In this document: positions 18,080 to 29,700 of the stretch, piece by piece
Layout of the letters: every line of letters begins with the position of its first letter
Numbering within the stretch: position 1 is the stretch's first letter
Origin: Patescibacteria group bacterium
Lineage (GTDB): Bacteria; Patescibacteriota; Microgenomatia; UBA1400; PJMF01
DNA: 64,000 bases
Direction of reading: 5' to 3'
Assembly (NCBI GenBank): GCA_016861085.1
Contig: BOKR01000001.1
Span: forward strand, 3,271 to 67,270
Made by a program: the position numbers and the translations under genes
Notes under the pieces: model-generated
What the model saw: the letters and a program-made list of their open reading frames with translations, nothing else
What the model was told of the DNA's origin: nothing
Database searches by the model: none

Positions 18080-21000
18080 TTGTCTATTAAATTGTCCAAA
18101 AAATTTGTACTATATACGCTAGGTATGTTTATTAACCAAAAAGCTCCAGCTAGAGGCAGGGGGTTCCTGTTTTTTGTTGTCCTTATTGTGGTTTTTGGTG
18201 CAAGTATAGCGGCAGGCTTTTACAGTGTTAGTAAATGGTTATTCGGACGCGATGAATCAACACAAATAACGCAAACAAATCCTGTTCAAGGTCGGGTTAA
18301 AGGTGAGACGACTGAGCAACCCAGTAAACAGAATTTAGATGCTGGAAATCAGCCACAAGTGTTAGGCCAAGTCAAAGCAGCCGAAGATGAGATTACAGAG
18401 AACAGTTTGGTTTTCAGATTGAAGGTTTTCTTTCTAGACACAATTCATGGTATATCAGCAAAGTTTGATACCGATTTGGAGGTTGGAAATGATGTAATCG
18501 TTGGTAACGATACAGATATTGGAGGAGACCTTACTGTAGCTGGAACCTTAATCACAGCAGACGAATTAATAGCTCCAAATGTAGTGTACTCAATTCTTGC
18601 AGGAACGGGAATTACAGTTGCAGGAACACAGGATATAACTATAACTAATAGTGATCTCGGATCTTCTCAATTAATTTTCAAGAATTTCAAGATTGGAGAC
18701 AATACTATTTCTGCAGGAAGCAATGATGATACATTAACTTGGCAAGGAACAAACGGAGTTTCGTTAAGTAATGACGGCAAAACAATCACTATTTCTGCAA
18801 GCGGAAGTGAGTTAAATGTCTCTGGTTGGACAGATGACGGTTCAACAGTGAGGTTAATCAGTGCTACAGATAACGTTGGAATTGGAACAACAACTGCAAC
18901 AGAAAAACTAACAGTATCCGGGAACGGAACATTGTCAGGAAACTTAGAAGTTGGTGGAAACCTAAATGTTCTAGGAAACACCACAGTTCTTTCTGGCTTC
19001 AACAATTCAGGCGGGGGTATTACAAATGCAGGAGCAATCACTGGAGCAACAGGATTTACCAGTTCAGGCACAATTACACTCTCAGGATTAAGTACAGGTT
19101 TAGTACAGAGTAGCTTTACTGGTGTGCTGAGTAGTAGTGCTCTCAACTTGAGCACAGGTTCAGCTAATGGTTATCTCACAGGAGCCTTGCCAGTTGCCAA
19201 CGGAGGCACAGGTCTTTCTAGTTACACAATTGGGGACATTTTGTATGCATCTGCAACAAATACACTTGCAAGCTTGGGAATTGGAGCAACAAATGAAGTT
19301 CTCACAGTTGCTGGAGGAGTACCAGTTTGGGCATCAGTAACAGGAGGTGGTGGAATTTGTCCAAACTGTTTAGTCAATGATCCAGGAAGTACTCAGACAA
19401 TAACTCCAGGAAGTGCAACAGCAACAGGGTTGGTAGTAAAGCAAGCAAGTGGTGGTAGTGTAGATACATTTAGAGTGGAAAGCTTTGATGGGGCAAATGT
19501 ATATTTCAAAATAGATTCAACCGGAAATGTAACCCTTGGAAATCAAACCAGTAGTGGTGTATTTACCGTTTCACCTGCAAGTACTGATCCAATATCTCTT
19601 TCTCCAGTAGCCCAAGGAGCAGGACAATTTACAGGCACAATCACTAGTGAAGACTTAACAGCAAACAGAACATGGACATTCCCAAACAACTCAGGAATAG
19701 TTTGTTTAGCATCAGGCAACTGTAGTGGTACATCAGCAGGTGTAGGTGGATCAGGAACAACGAACTATATTACCAAGTGGGATGGAACGTTTTCAGTAAC
19801 TGATTCTCTGCTGTATGACAATGGAACAAATGTAGGAATTGGAACGACTTCGCCTGTGAGTAAACTGACAGTCGTTTCTTCTGGAAACCTGTACGCAACC
19901 ACAATTCATAGTACTCACCATGGTTTACTAATAAGTACTGATGATAATTCAAGTACTAGAAGGTTGTTATCTCTTAAAAATCTTGCTGGAGGAATTCCAG
20001 GAGGAGGTACAGAAGTGTTTGTAGTAACAGCGGGAGGAAACGTAGCTATCGGTACAACAGCTCCAACAGCAAAGCTACATGTTCAGGGTACTGCATTAGT
20101 GACTAGCACATTGAATGTATCTGGAGCAACTACACTTGCTTCAACTCTTGATGTGACAGGTGCAATTACCACAGGTGGAAATCTTTCTGTAAATGGAACT
20201 GGAAATAGTTATGTGATGGGTAATTTTGGGATTGGAACAAGTAACCCGAGTACAACAGCAGCTTCAGGAAGACGATTAGAAATAAGAGGTAGTAATCCAG
20301 GTCTATTGTTTGGTCATTCCACAGAAGCTAATACCAGTGGTGAGATTTGGTATGACCACGGTACTGCAGATCTGAATATTGATAACAGATACAATGGAGC
20401 ATTTGCAGATATACATTTTAGGACAACAACTTCGGGGACTGCAAATAGTGCAATGACAATAAAAGGGGATGGCAACGTCGGAATTAACACAACTGCACCA
20501 TCGGCACGATTACATTTAGTTGGAGTTGGAACAACAAACAGTACAGAAACACTCAGGGCAGTAAATTCAGCTGGAACGCTTGGGTTGATTGTCAATGACA
20601 ATGGTTCGATTTATACTCCAGATGCTACAACGCCAACAGGTACCTACAACTTTGTATTTGGACCAAACACAATTGGAGGAAGTAATAACATTGTTTTGGG
20701 TCAATCAAATGCTACTTCACAAAGTGGTGGTGGAAGTGTAAATGCCATCATTGGTCAGAATAACAGTATGACTAGCTCTGTGAGTTATGCTTTTGGTAGA
20801 GGGCTGATTAGTGGTTCTTCTTTCTCTAACTTTATTGGATATGGCACGAATAGTGGATATTTCACTTCAGCTCAAACTGCCCGTATACAAATTCATGCAA
20901 GCGTTGGCAATGTTCCAGCAATTAATTTCTTGACCAAAGAGACCAGTAGAATGCACATAAATGGTGATGGCAATGTTGGAATTGGCACAACTGTTTCTAC

Positions 21001-22231
21001 TGGAAAATTGAATGTTGAGGGTGCAGCAACAGGCAAAGCACTGGTAGTACTCAATGAAACGGGAGGTCAAGATATTTTTGTTGCATCTGCATCTGGTGTG
21101 AATAGATTTAGAATTCAAAATAATGGTAGTACTTTTGTTTCAAGTGACTCAACGAGTGCATTCTTAGTATCAGATATATCGGGAAATAATATTTTAAGAA
21201 TTGCTGGTTCTACTCGTAGAATTGGAATCAATGATCAAACATCAGATGCAACTTTGGAAGTTGTCAAAAATAGCACAGATAATATTTTTGCAGTAAGCAG
21301 TTCAGAAAATGCAGATGGTGATTATTTTATGGTTACGAATGGTGGGAATGTGGGTATTGGGTCGACGAGTCCACTTTTAGGATTAGAGATTGTAAATAAA
21401 GCTGCTGATTTTTATACAGGCTATGATGCTTCATTACTAATTAAAAATAGTACTTATAATCAGGAACCACGAATAGTGCTCTACAATTCATCTGGGGCGT
21501 CTCTTGGAACACCAACCGGAGAACTATATTTTGCATCAAATAGCAATTATCAAACTTTTGGATCTGGTGTGAGAGGTTATTCAGCAAGCTCTTTAGGAAG
21601 TGCTACTGGTCTTCAGTTCTTTACTACTGGAACAGCTCAAACACGTTTGACCATAAATGAAACTGGACTTGTAGGAATTGGTACTACTAGTCCAACATCA
21701 TTGCTTCATGTTTCAGATAATTCAGGCACTTGGCTTTCTTCTGAGTATCGATCTGCAAACTTATTAGTGAACCGAAGTTTTAGTACAGCAAGTAGTGATG
21801 TGACTTCGTACGGTCAGTATATAAATAACACATCATCTCGTGCAACTGGAGCGAATAATCTTACAAACATTGGTTTATATGTTAATGTGCAGGGTGCACA
21901 ATCCAATTATGCAGCTATTTTTAATGGCGGCAACGTTGGAATAGGCACCACGTCTCCAAGAGGTAATCTAGACATCGGTGGAGATAATGCAGAACTACAT
22001 ATTGGAACTGCAGCTAAGGGATATATTGGATTAGGGACACAGGCTGATTATAGCGCAAACTGGACAAACCAAGCAGCAATTGCCATAAATACAGTTGTTC
22101 TAGAAGGAACTGGAAGTAATGGTTTGAATATAAGAAATCATACAGACGGTGCCTGGGGATCGGTTTTTGCTAGTACCTACACAACATACGGGGGATCACT
22201 AACGACGCCTTCATTTGGGTCATCTAATTAA
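18080..22231 (+). CDS. giant membrane-anchored fibre protein, N-terminal 1383 codons; repetitive GNVGIGTT(S/T)P beta-helix/tail-fibre-like repeats; in frame with the next ORF across a single TAA
   Basis: N-terminal TM anchor (FLFFVVLIVVFGASIAAGFYSV). Dozens of degenerate repeats centred on NVGIGTTxP…KL.V.G. N-terminal 200 aa paralogous to the 23770 gene. Stop TAA at 22229-22231 is in the same frame (frame 2) as ORF 22235-23773. Confidence 0.8.
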   Translation: MSIKLSKKFVLYTLGMFINQKAPARGRGFLFFVVLIVVFGASIAAGFYSVSKWLFGRDESTQITQTNPVQGRVKGETTEQPSKQNLDAGNQPQVLGQVKAAEDEITENSLVFRLKVFFLDTIHGISAKFDTDLEVGNDVIVGNDTDIGGDLTVAGTLITADELIAPNVVYSILAGTGITVAGTQDITITNSDLGSSQLIFKNFKIGDNTISAGSNDDTLTWQGTNGVSLSNDGKTITISASGSELNVSGWTDDGSTVRLISATDNVGIGTTTATEKLTVSGNGTLSGNLEVGGNLNVLGNTTVLSGFNNSGGGITNAGAITGATGFTSSGTITLSGLSTGLVQSSFTGVLSSSALNLSTGSANGYLTGALPVANGGTGLSSYTIGDILYASATNTLASLGIGATNEVLTVAGGVPVWASVTGGGGICPNCLVNDPGSTQTITPGSATATGLVVKQASGGSVDTFRVESFDGANVYFKIDSTGNVTLGNQTSSGVFTVSPASTDPISLSPVAQGAGQFTGTITSEDLTANRTWTFPNNSGIVCLASGNCSGTSAGVGGSGTTNYITKWDGTFSVTDSLLYDNGTNVGIGTTSPVSKLTVVSSGNLYATTIHSTHHGLLISTDDNSSTRRLLSLKNLAGGIPGGGTEVFVVTAGGNVAIGTTAPTAKLHVQGTALVTSTLNVSGATTLASTLDVTGAITTGGNLSVNGTGNSYVMGNFGIGTSNPSTTAASGRRLEIRGSNPGLLFGHSTEANTSGEIWYDHGTADLNIDNRYNGAFADIHFRTTTSGTANSAMTIKGDGNVGINTTAPSARLHLVGVGTTNSTETLRAVNSAGTLGLIVNDNGSIYTPDATTPTGTYNFVFGPNTIGGSNNIVLGQSNATSQSGGGSVNAIIGQNNSMTSSVSYAFGRGLISGSSFSNFIGYGTNSGYFTSAQTARIQIHASVGNVPAINFLTKETSRMHINGDGNVGIGTTVSTGKLNVEGAATGKALVVLNETGGQDIFVASASGVNRFRIQNNGSTFVSSDSTSAFLVSDISGNNILRIAGSTRRIGINDQTSDATLEVVKNSTDNIFAVSSSENADGDYFMVTNGGNVGIGSTSPLLGLEIVNKAADFYTGYDASLLIKNSTYNQEPRIVLYNSSGASLGTPTGELYFASNSNYQTFGSGVRGYSASSLGSATGLQFFTTGTAQTRLTINETGLVGIGTTSPTSLLHVSDNSGTWLSSEYRSANLLVNRSFSTASSDVTSYGQYINNTSSRATGANNLTNIGLYVNVQGAQSNYAAIFNGGNVGIGTTSPRGNLDIGGDNAELHIGTAAKGYIGLGTQADYSANWTNQAAIAINTVVLEGTGSNGLNIRNHTDGAWGSVFASTYTTYGGSLTTPSFGSSN

Positions 22232-22234
22232 CAA

Positions 22235-23773
22235 GTGGGCATGTATTTCCCAGGCTCAACGGGAGTTGGACTTGTTACAAGCCAATTGGAACGACTTACT
22301 GTTAACTCTGTTGGTAATGTCGGTATAGGTACCACAACACCTGTGGGTAAACTAAATGTCGAAGGTGCAGTTACAGGTAAGGCGTTGGCAATATTTAACG
22401 AAACTGGAAACCAAGATATTTTAACAGCTAGTGCAAGTGGTTCAACAAAATTTGCAGTTACTAACGGTGGAAACATATTGTTACGAGGAACGTCCCCTTC
22501 TATTGATACTGGTAACTTGGCAACGCTAACTTTTAGTGTTGCAAATGCAAATAGAGTGCAGATAGATGGTGCCTATCTTGAAACAAATTTTTTGAGATCA
22601 CATTCTGGTGCAGGTACTTCATTAATTGTTAGAGGTAATAATTTACAAACTGCCAATATTTTTGAGGTAGAGGATAGTAATGGTACTGATTTTTTCACAA
22701 TTGACACTAGTGGCAACGTCGGCATCGGCTCCACAACTCCAGGTCAAAAACTAGATGTAGTCGGCAACGCCCGTTTCTCTGCTGTTGGTTCTGATGCATA
22801 TGCCTCAGATTTACATCTCACTGCAGATGGAACTCTCACAACCGCTGCATCTGATATTAGACTGAAGAAAGATTTTGTTGAGCTCAATGACAGTGCAACA
22901 TTAGACAAAATTCTACAACTTAAAACCTACAACTTCAATTGGAAGAGTAACAACTCTGCTGATATTGGTATGGTTGCCCAAGAAGTAGCTACTATCTTCC
23001 CAGAACTTACCTTCACCAACCAAGTTGATGGATACATGGGTATCAATTATTCAAGATTCTCTTCATTACTCATTAGTGGAATGCAGGCTCAACAAGCACA
23101 GATTTCATTATTACAAAATGCCTTAACATTTAATTCAGACGGTTCTGTAGTTGTTGCAACCACATCGGCTCAAGAAAACAATTCAGAGGAAAACACGGCT
23201 CAACAATTACTTGGCAGTTACGCTTCTCTTTCTGAAAATATTTGGAAGTTCCTTGTTGAAGTGAGATTCTCAGCTTTGGCAGTCTTTGAAAACTCTGTGC
23301 AATTTTTGAGTGCCGTTGTCTTCAAAAATGACGTTATTGTTGATGGCAATTTGATTCTGAATCACAATCAGGCTGGAACAGTAACCATTCCTACTGGCAA
23401 GGCAGGAGCTCGAGTTACGTTTAGCCAAGCATTTGAGCAAATGCCAATCATTACACTAACATCAACTCAAAAAGTTGCTGGCGAATACTGGATTTCTCAG
23501 ACAAGTAACTCTGGTTTTACTATTGAGTTTTCTCAAGCTCAAACACAAGATATCGCTATTAACTGGCAAGTCTCAGTTACCAATAGCGGTGAAGGTGTAG
23601 CAGTTGAAGCATTTGATTTTGGTACAAATAGTGAACAGGCACAAGAAACGCAAGATGTCTCACAGACAAACCCAGAGCCAATTACTGAAGATTTAGCAGA
23701 AGTTGTAGAGGAAGCCACCCAAGAGTCGGCGATTCTTGGCGCAACTGATTCTGGAGAGGTGGTTGCAGAATGA
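22235..23773 (+). CDS. C-terminal portion of the fibre protein, containing a peptidase S74-like intramolecular chaperone auto-processing domain
   Basis: Starts with the same GNVGIGTTTPVGKLNVEGAVTGKALAIFNETG repeat as the upstream ORF. SDIRLKKDFVELNDSATLDKILQLKTYNFNWK…GMVAQEVATIFPELT…GYMGINYSRFSSLLISGMQAQQAQISLLQ matches the tailspike/endosialidase C-terminal chaperone domain. Same frame as 18080-22231, separated by one TAA. Confidence 0.75.
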   Translation: MGMYFPGSTGVGLVTSQLERLTVNSVGNVGIGTTTPVGKLNVEGAVTGKALAIFNETGNQDILTASASGSTKFAVTNGGNILLRGTSPSIDTGNLATLTFSVANANRVQIDGAYLETNFLRSHSGAGTSLIVRGNNLQTANIFEVEDSNGTDFFTIDTSGNVGIGSTTPGQKLDVVGNARFSAVGSDAYASDLHLTADGTLTTAASDIRLKKDFVELNDSATLDKILQLKTYNFNWKSNNSADIGMVAQEVATIFPELTFTNQVDGYMGINYSRFSSLLISGMQAQQAQISLLQNALTFNSDGSVVVATTSAQENNSEENTAQQLLGSYASLSENIWKFLVEVRFSALAVFENSVQFLSAVVFKNDVIVDGNLILNHNQAGTVTIPTGKAGARVTFSQAFEQMPIITLTSTQKVAGEYWISQTSNSGFTIEFSQAQTQDIAINWQVSVTNSGEGVAVEAFDFGTNSEQAQETQDVSQTNPEPITEDLAEVVEEATQESAILGATDSGEVVAE

Positions 23774-26700
23774 AAAAACGCACAATCTTTCTTCTAGCTT
23801 TCATTCTAACCTCTGCATATTTTGGTGTGGGATCTGTAAATTCTTGGCTGAGAGGAACTGATACAACAGGAACAGTTCTTGGAGAGTCTGACCAGCCAAC
23901 TAGTAACGGATTAGTTGCTCAAAATGGAGTTAGTTCAGGTTTTGGAACTAGTGTGGGAAGTGATTTACCAACTGCCCCAGTTTCAACTGGAGTAGTCAAA
24001 GCAGTAGAGGATGAGATTAGTGAGAATAGTTTAGTATTTAGACTTAAAATTTACTTTTTGGAAGCAATTCATGGAATATCAGCAAAGTTTGATACTGATG
24101 TAGAGGTTGGTAATGATCTAACAGTTGGTAATGATGTAATAGTTAACAATGATCTTGAAGTTGGTGGTGATTTAATTATTGGTGACACTATTATCACTCC
24201 TGATGGAATCACTGCAGAGAATATCATTTATAGTCTTACTGCGGGAACAGGGGTATCACTGAGTGGTACTCAAGATGTTACGATAACAAATACAGATCTT
24301 GGGTCATCACAGAATATTTTCAAAAACTTTAAGATTGGTTCAAACACAATTTCCGCAAGTTCCAACGATGATACGTTAACTTGGACATCTGGTACTGGGA
24401 TTTCTTTATCCAATTCTGGTAAGACGATCACGATTTCTGCTAGTGGCAGTGACCTTAACGTTTCTGGTTGGACAGACGATGGAACAGCGGTGCGCTTGAC
24501 TACTTCGACTGATAACGTGGGGATTGGAACAGCAACCCCAGGATACAAACTGCATGTCGTTGGGACAAGCTATTTTAGTGGCCAGGCAACATTTGCAGGC
24601 GGAACTGTGATCTCCTCAGGGATTGACAATTCTTCTGGTGGAATTACAAATGCTGGTCCAATCACTGGGGCAACAGGGTTAACTTCGTCTGGAACGATTA
24701 CGTTTTCAGGTCTATCAACAGGGATTGTGCACTCAAACGGGAGTGGAGTTTTGTCATCTTCTGCTTTGAATCTCGCTGGAGGTGCAACAGAAATTACCGG
24801 TACACTTCCCACCACAAACGGTGGCACAGGCATAACTTCATATGCGACTGGTGATATTATTTATTCTTCGGCTACGAACACACTCACAACTCTTGGAATT
24901 GGCTCAACCAATGAAGTTCTCACGGTGGCAGGTGGGGTACCAACTTGGGCCACTATTACTGGTGGAGGTGGACTCTGTAGCAACTGTTTGGTGAATAATC
25001 CGGGGAGTACGCAGACAATCACACCAGCAGCGGCTACAGCAATTGGCTTGGTTATCAAGCAGGCGTCATCGGGAAGCGTGGACACTTTCAGAGTTGAAAG
25101 CAACGATGGTTCAAGTGTGTATTTCAAGATCGATTCTTCAGGTAATGTCACGTTAGGAAATCAAACCAGTAGTGGAGTATTCACTGTTTCACCCTCAAAC
25201 ACTGATCCGATTTCAATATCACCAGTTGCACAAGGGGCAGGGCAGTTTACAGGAACAATCACTTCTGAAGACCTCACGGCGGCTCGAACATGGACATTCC
25301 CGGATGCAACAGGATCCGTATGTTTAACTACGGGGAACTGTGCTGGTGTTGGAGGACAAATTGGAGGTTCTGGAACGACTAACTACATTGCCAAGTTCTC
25401 AAACTCTTCAAATATTACAACTTCTCTCTTATACGATGACGGTAACAATGTTGGACTAGGAACATCGAGTCCAGTTCATCTATTCCAGATAATGGGCGCA
25501 AAAATAGGTAAGGCGCTTACAGTGCTTAACGAAACCGGAGACCAGGCAATTTTTGTAGCATCATCTTCTGGGACAAATAGATTTATTATTCAAAATGATG
25601 GAAATGTAGGTATTGGAACAAGCACTCCAACCTCGCTGTTCCATGTGAATGGGGCAGTAGACTTTGATTCAACTTTTGGGGTAAATGGAGCAACTACACT
25701 TGGTTCAACATTGGATGTGACGGGACTAGCTACTTTTGGTGGGAATGTAGGGATTGGAACAACTACTCCGACTTCTGCTTTACAAGTGTACGGGACTGAT
25801 CCTCAAATCAGACTCACAAGAAATGGAGGATACACTTTAACTTTTGATGCTTTCGATGGTGGTGGTAGTCCGAACATTGTGAGTAGTGGTCCTTCATTAA
25901 AATTTTTGACGAGTACTTCAAATAATTTTCTTACTACTGCTGACAACGCATTTGGAACACTTAATGGTCATTTAGGTGTAGCTGTTACAGGACTTTACGT
26001 TACTGGTAAAGGAGTTAATTCATATGTTACTTCGGCGTTTAGATCTGCAAACAGCAATCAAACAGGTGATTTAATAAGAATGTACGATAGTTCAAACGAT
26101 ATTCTTGGCCAATTTGTGCCTATTTCGACCACTGACCAGCGGTTACGATTTGTTCTATATAACACTTTGGAAACAACTGTCACTAACTATGAACGGTTAA
26201 CAATTTATCCTGATACAACGAATAGTATTTTTAGAATTGAAGCAGAGAGTGGTGGGACAGGAACCTTGCGAAATCTTGTATTACAAGGTGGTGGGGGAAA
26301 CGTTGGAATCGCTTCTATTGCACCTGGTAGAACATTAGATGTCGTAGGTACTGGTCGTATTACCGATACTGGTTCAACTACGCCAGTTTTAACTATTGAT
26401 CAAAATGACTCAAGTAATAATGCAACTACCTTAAGACTAGAACATGGGGGTGGTGGTGAAAATAGTCGTAGAATTATTGAAGCAATAAGTGGTGGGAGTG
26501 AAGTATTCAGATTGTTTCCAACAGGAAAGATAGAAACAATCGTTAATGGAGGTTCCACTGACTATGATGCTGCTATCTTTAATCAAACTGACACATCAAC
26601 TGCTCATGCTGGCGCTGCACTCCAACTCAATCATTATGGTACTGGAGCAGGTTCTAGCAGAGTGTTAACAGCTTTTAACGCTGCTGGGGGTAGTCCTAGT

Positions 26701-29700
26701 GAGATCATGTTTTTACAACCTGATGGGACATTTTATGTAAGAGGTAACGCTGGAGTTGGGACAACTGCTCCAATTGGGAAACTCAATGTTGAAGGCGCTG
26801 CCATTGGCAAAGCCCTCGCTATCCTTAATGAAACTGGTGACCAAGCGATTTTTGTTGCTTCTGCTTCTGGTACGAATAGATTTATTATTCAAAATGGCGG
26901 AAATGTTGGAATTGGATCTATCACGCCAGCTGCAAATCTACATGTTTATCAGGAAAGTCCAACACCTAACCAAATCATGTTTCAAGTTGGCACGGGTGCA
27001 GTAGCAACGAGGTTCACAGTAGATGAGGATGGAGATGGTCATTTTGGTGGGGATGTTGATTTTAGAACTCTACTAACCGGAAACGGTACAGTCACGGGGC
27101 CATCACATAGTTTTGTGAATGACACTAATCTAGGCATGTATCGCTATGGCACTGACACTTTAAGTTTGGCAACAGCAGATGCAGATAGGTTGATAATTGA
27201 TGCCTCAGGAAATATTGGAATTGGAACTACTGCTCCTGGAACCCAGCTAGAACTTTATGGCAACAAAATTCACATTCGATTATTTGACACCTTTGGTTCT
27301 GGAGCGATTATTAGAGAGACTTCAGATAATCTAATATTGCAATCACAGGCAGGAAGCATTGTTGGAATAAGTGGTGCTGCTGACGGAACGACTTCCTTTC
27401 AATTTCAAAATTCATCAAATGTGAGTAGGTTTAATGTAAACGATCTTGGCTATGTGGGAATTGGTGTGAACGCTACGGCTAGTGTTGGTTCTGATACTGC
27501 GGCAGTGAACATCAACGGAGCCAAGACAGGAAAAGCATTATTTGGACTTAACGAAACAGGTAATCAAGCAATCTTTGCGGCTTCTGCTTCTGGTACTAAT
27601 CGCTTCCTTATTCAAAATGACGGAAATGTCGGGATTGGAACAACAACAGTTTCTTCACTTTTCACTATATCTGAAAGTAACTCAGCAACAAGTTTAACTA
27701 CTTTTGATTCAACAGTAAGGTTGCAGAATTTGAATAGTGGTGACAGCACTTTCTCAAGAATAGGATTTTATGACACCACTTATCTTGGTGGTATAACTTT
27801 TGTGAACAGAGGGCAATACAGCAGTGACATTCGCTTTGAAACAAGAGGAGGGAGTGTAAGTAATTGGCCTGTAACAAGGATGATTGTTACAGATGGGGGT
27901 GCTATTGGTGTTAACCATGCAAATCCTTTGAGTCAGCTTCAAGTCAATGCTCAGTCTAATACTGGGAATTATATTTTGTCAGATTGGAATAGCACTGGAA
28001 ACAAAATACCTGCGGCAATTTTTTCCGCAACGAATAATGGAGGAAGTACTCCAGCCGCTGCAGAACCGACTTTGGTTTTGGGTAGAAAAGGCGTTGGTGG
28101 GCAGTCATTTGACAACATAGTTGACTTCAAACTCCGAAGATATGAAGTTAGTAGTACAGAGCCTCGAACAGCATTAGATATAGGTTTACAACACACAAAC
28201 TCTGCAACAACTACGGATGTATTGACTTTGCTTAGTAACGGGAATGTTGGTATAGGAACTTCTGCTCCTGCCCATGCCCTTGAGGTCAATGGCAATATTG
28301 CGGTTGAACAATTTTTATATCATAGAGGTGATACAGATACTTTTTTTAGATTTGGTACCAATCAGTGGCAAGTAGTTGCTGGAGGAGTACAATTTTTTGA
28401 ATTTGATGGGGGTGCAACAAATGTTGGTGCCTTTAACTATAACAACCTTGACGTTGACTTTCGCATTGATGGTGACACCAATGATGGAGTCTTTTTTGTG
28501 GATGGTGCTCTAGAAAATATTGGTATTGGTACGACTGTCCCAGGGGCAAAATTGCATCTTATCACTGATGCTGCAGACTATGCCGCTGAAATTTACAACG
28601 ACGGAAACGCTACTACTCGGGCAGGTTTGTTAATCCAGGCAGGACTTGATGACCAGACAGCAGTAGGCCCCTCAACTTTAATTCAGTTCAATGACGGTGA
28701 TGGTGGTGCAGTTGGTTCAATTACTTTTGGTAACTCGCTAACAGCGTACAATACCAGTTCTGACGTACGACTCAAAGACGTCTCTGGTGTTTCTAGTAAA
28801 GGATTATCAGATTTGATGAATATCAACGTGTATGACTATAGTTTCAAAGCAGACTCAAATAAGAGACTGCATACTGGGTTTTTAGCACAGGAGCTATACC
28901 AAATCTATCCAGATGCAGTTACAGCGTATCTTGATGATACCAATAAGTATTGGCAAGTTGACTATGGCAAACTTACTCCGCTGATTATTAAGTCAATTCA
29001 AGATCAACAAAAACAAATTGAGAGTTTGGCCTTAGAAATAGATGCAACTGGTAAAGTTATTTCACACGGTTCTAAAGAGGTAACTCCTGATGAGTCAGAG
29101 GCTACAGAAGCTCTTGAGAGTTCAACTATCCAAGATTTAAGTTCACATGCAACGATCTCAGATCTTGTTTGGACGTTTATTCAAGAGGTAATCTTTACAG
29201 TTAAAACCACTTTCTTGGCTAGTGTTGAATTTGTAAAAGACGTTACTTTCAGGGGATCAATCAAATTTTCTGGTGACACAGTTGGTAAATTCGTAGTTCC
29301 TGCTGGTGCTTTGAGAGTTGAGGTTCCATTTGATTTTGCTTTTAGCCAAGCACCAACAGTTTATTTGTCAGCCCAAAGTCAGATTATTGGTGGATATAGC
29401 TTAGAATCTGTCAGCACATCAGGGTTTGTTTTGAAGTTTGAAGTAGCTCAAACTTCTGAGAAAGTATTTGATTGGCTGGCAGTGTTAAGTTCAGATGAAA
29501 ACACAGCCACCATTAAAGTACTAGAAGAATCGAGTACAAGTTTACAGTCCATTGACAATGTAGATCAAGACGGGGAGGTTGGTGGGGCAACAACAGAAGG
29601 TTCAACTGACACACAAGAGGCTGTAGAAGAGACTCCAAATCCAGAACCAGAAGAGACAACTTCTCAAGCTAGCTCTGAGGCTGAGGCATCTGTGAGTGCC

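Noticed and set aside
18667-19155. 162-aa minus-strand ORF and several other antisense ORFs of 60-100 aa inside the giant fibre genes (e.g. 20314-20601, 24270-25151, 27969-28295)
   Set aside because: They lie entirely within, and antisense to, long repeat-rich coding sequence. Their Pro/Val-rich translations are what a reverse-frame reading of Gly/Thr-rich repeats gives. They are shadow ORFs, not genes.
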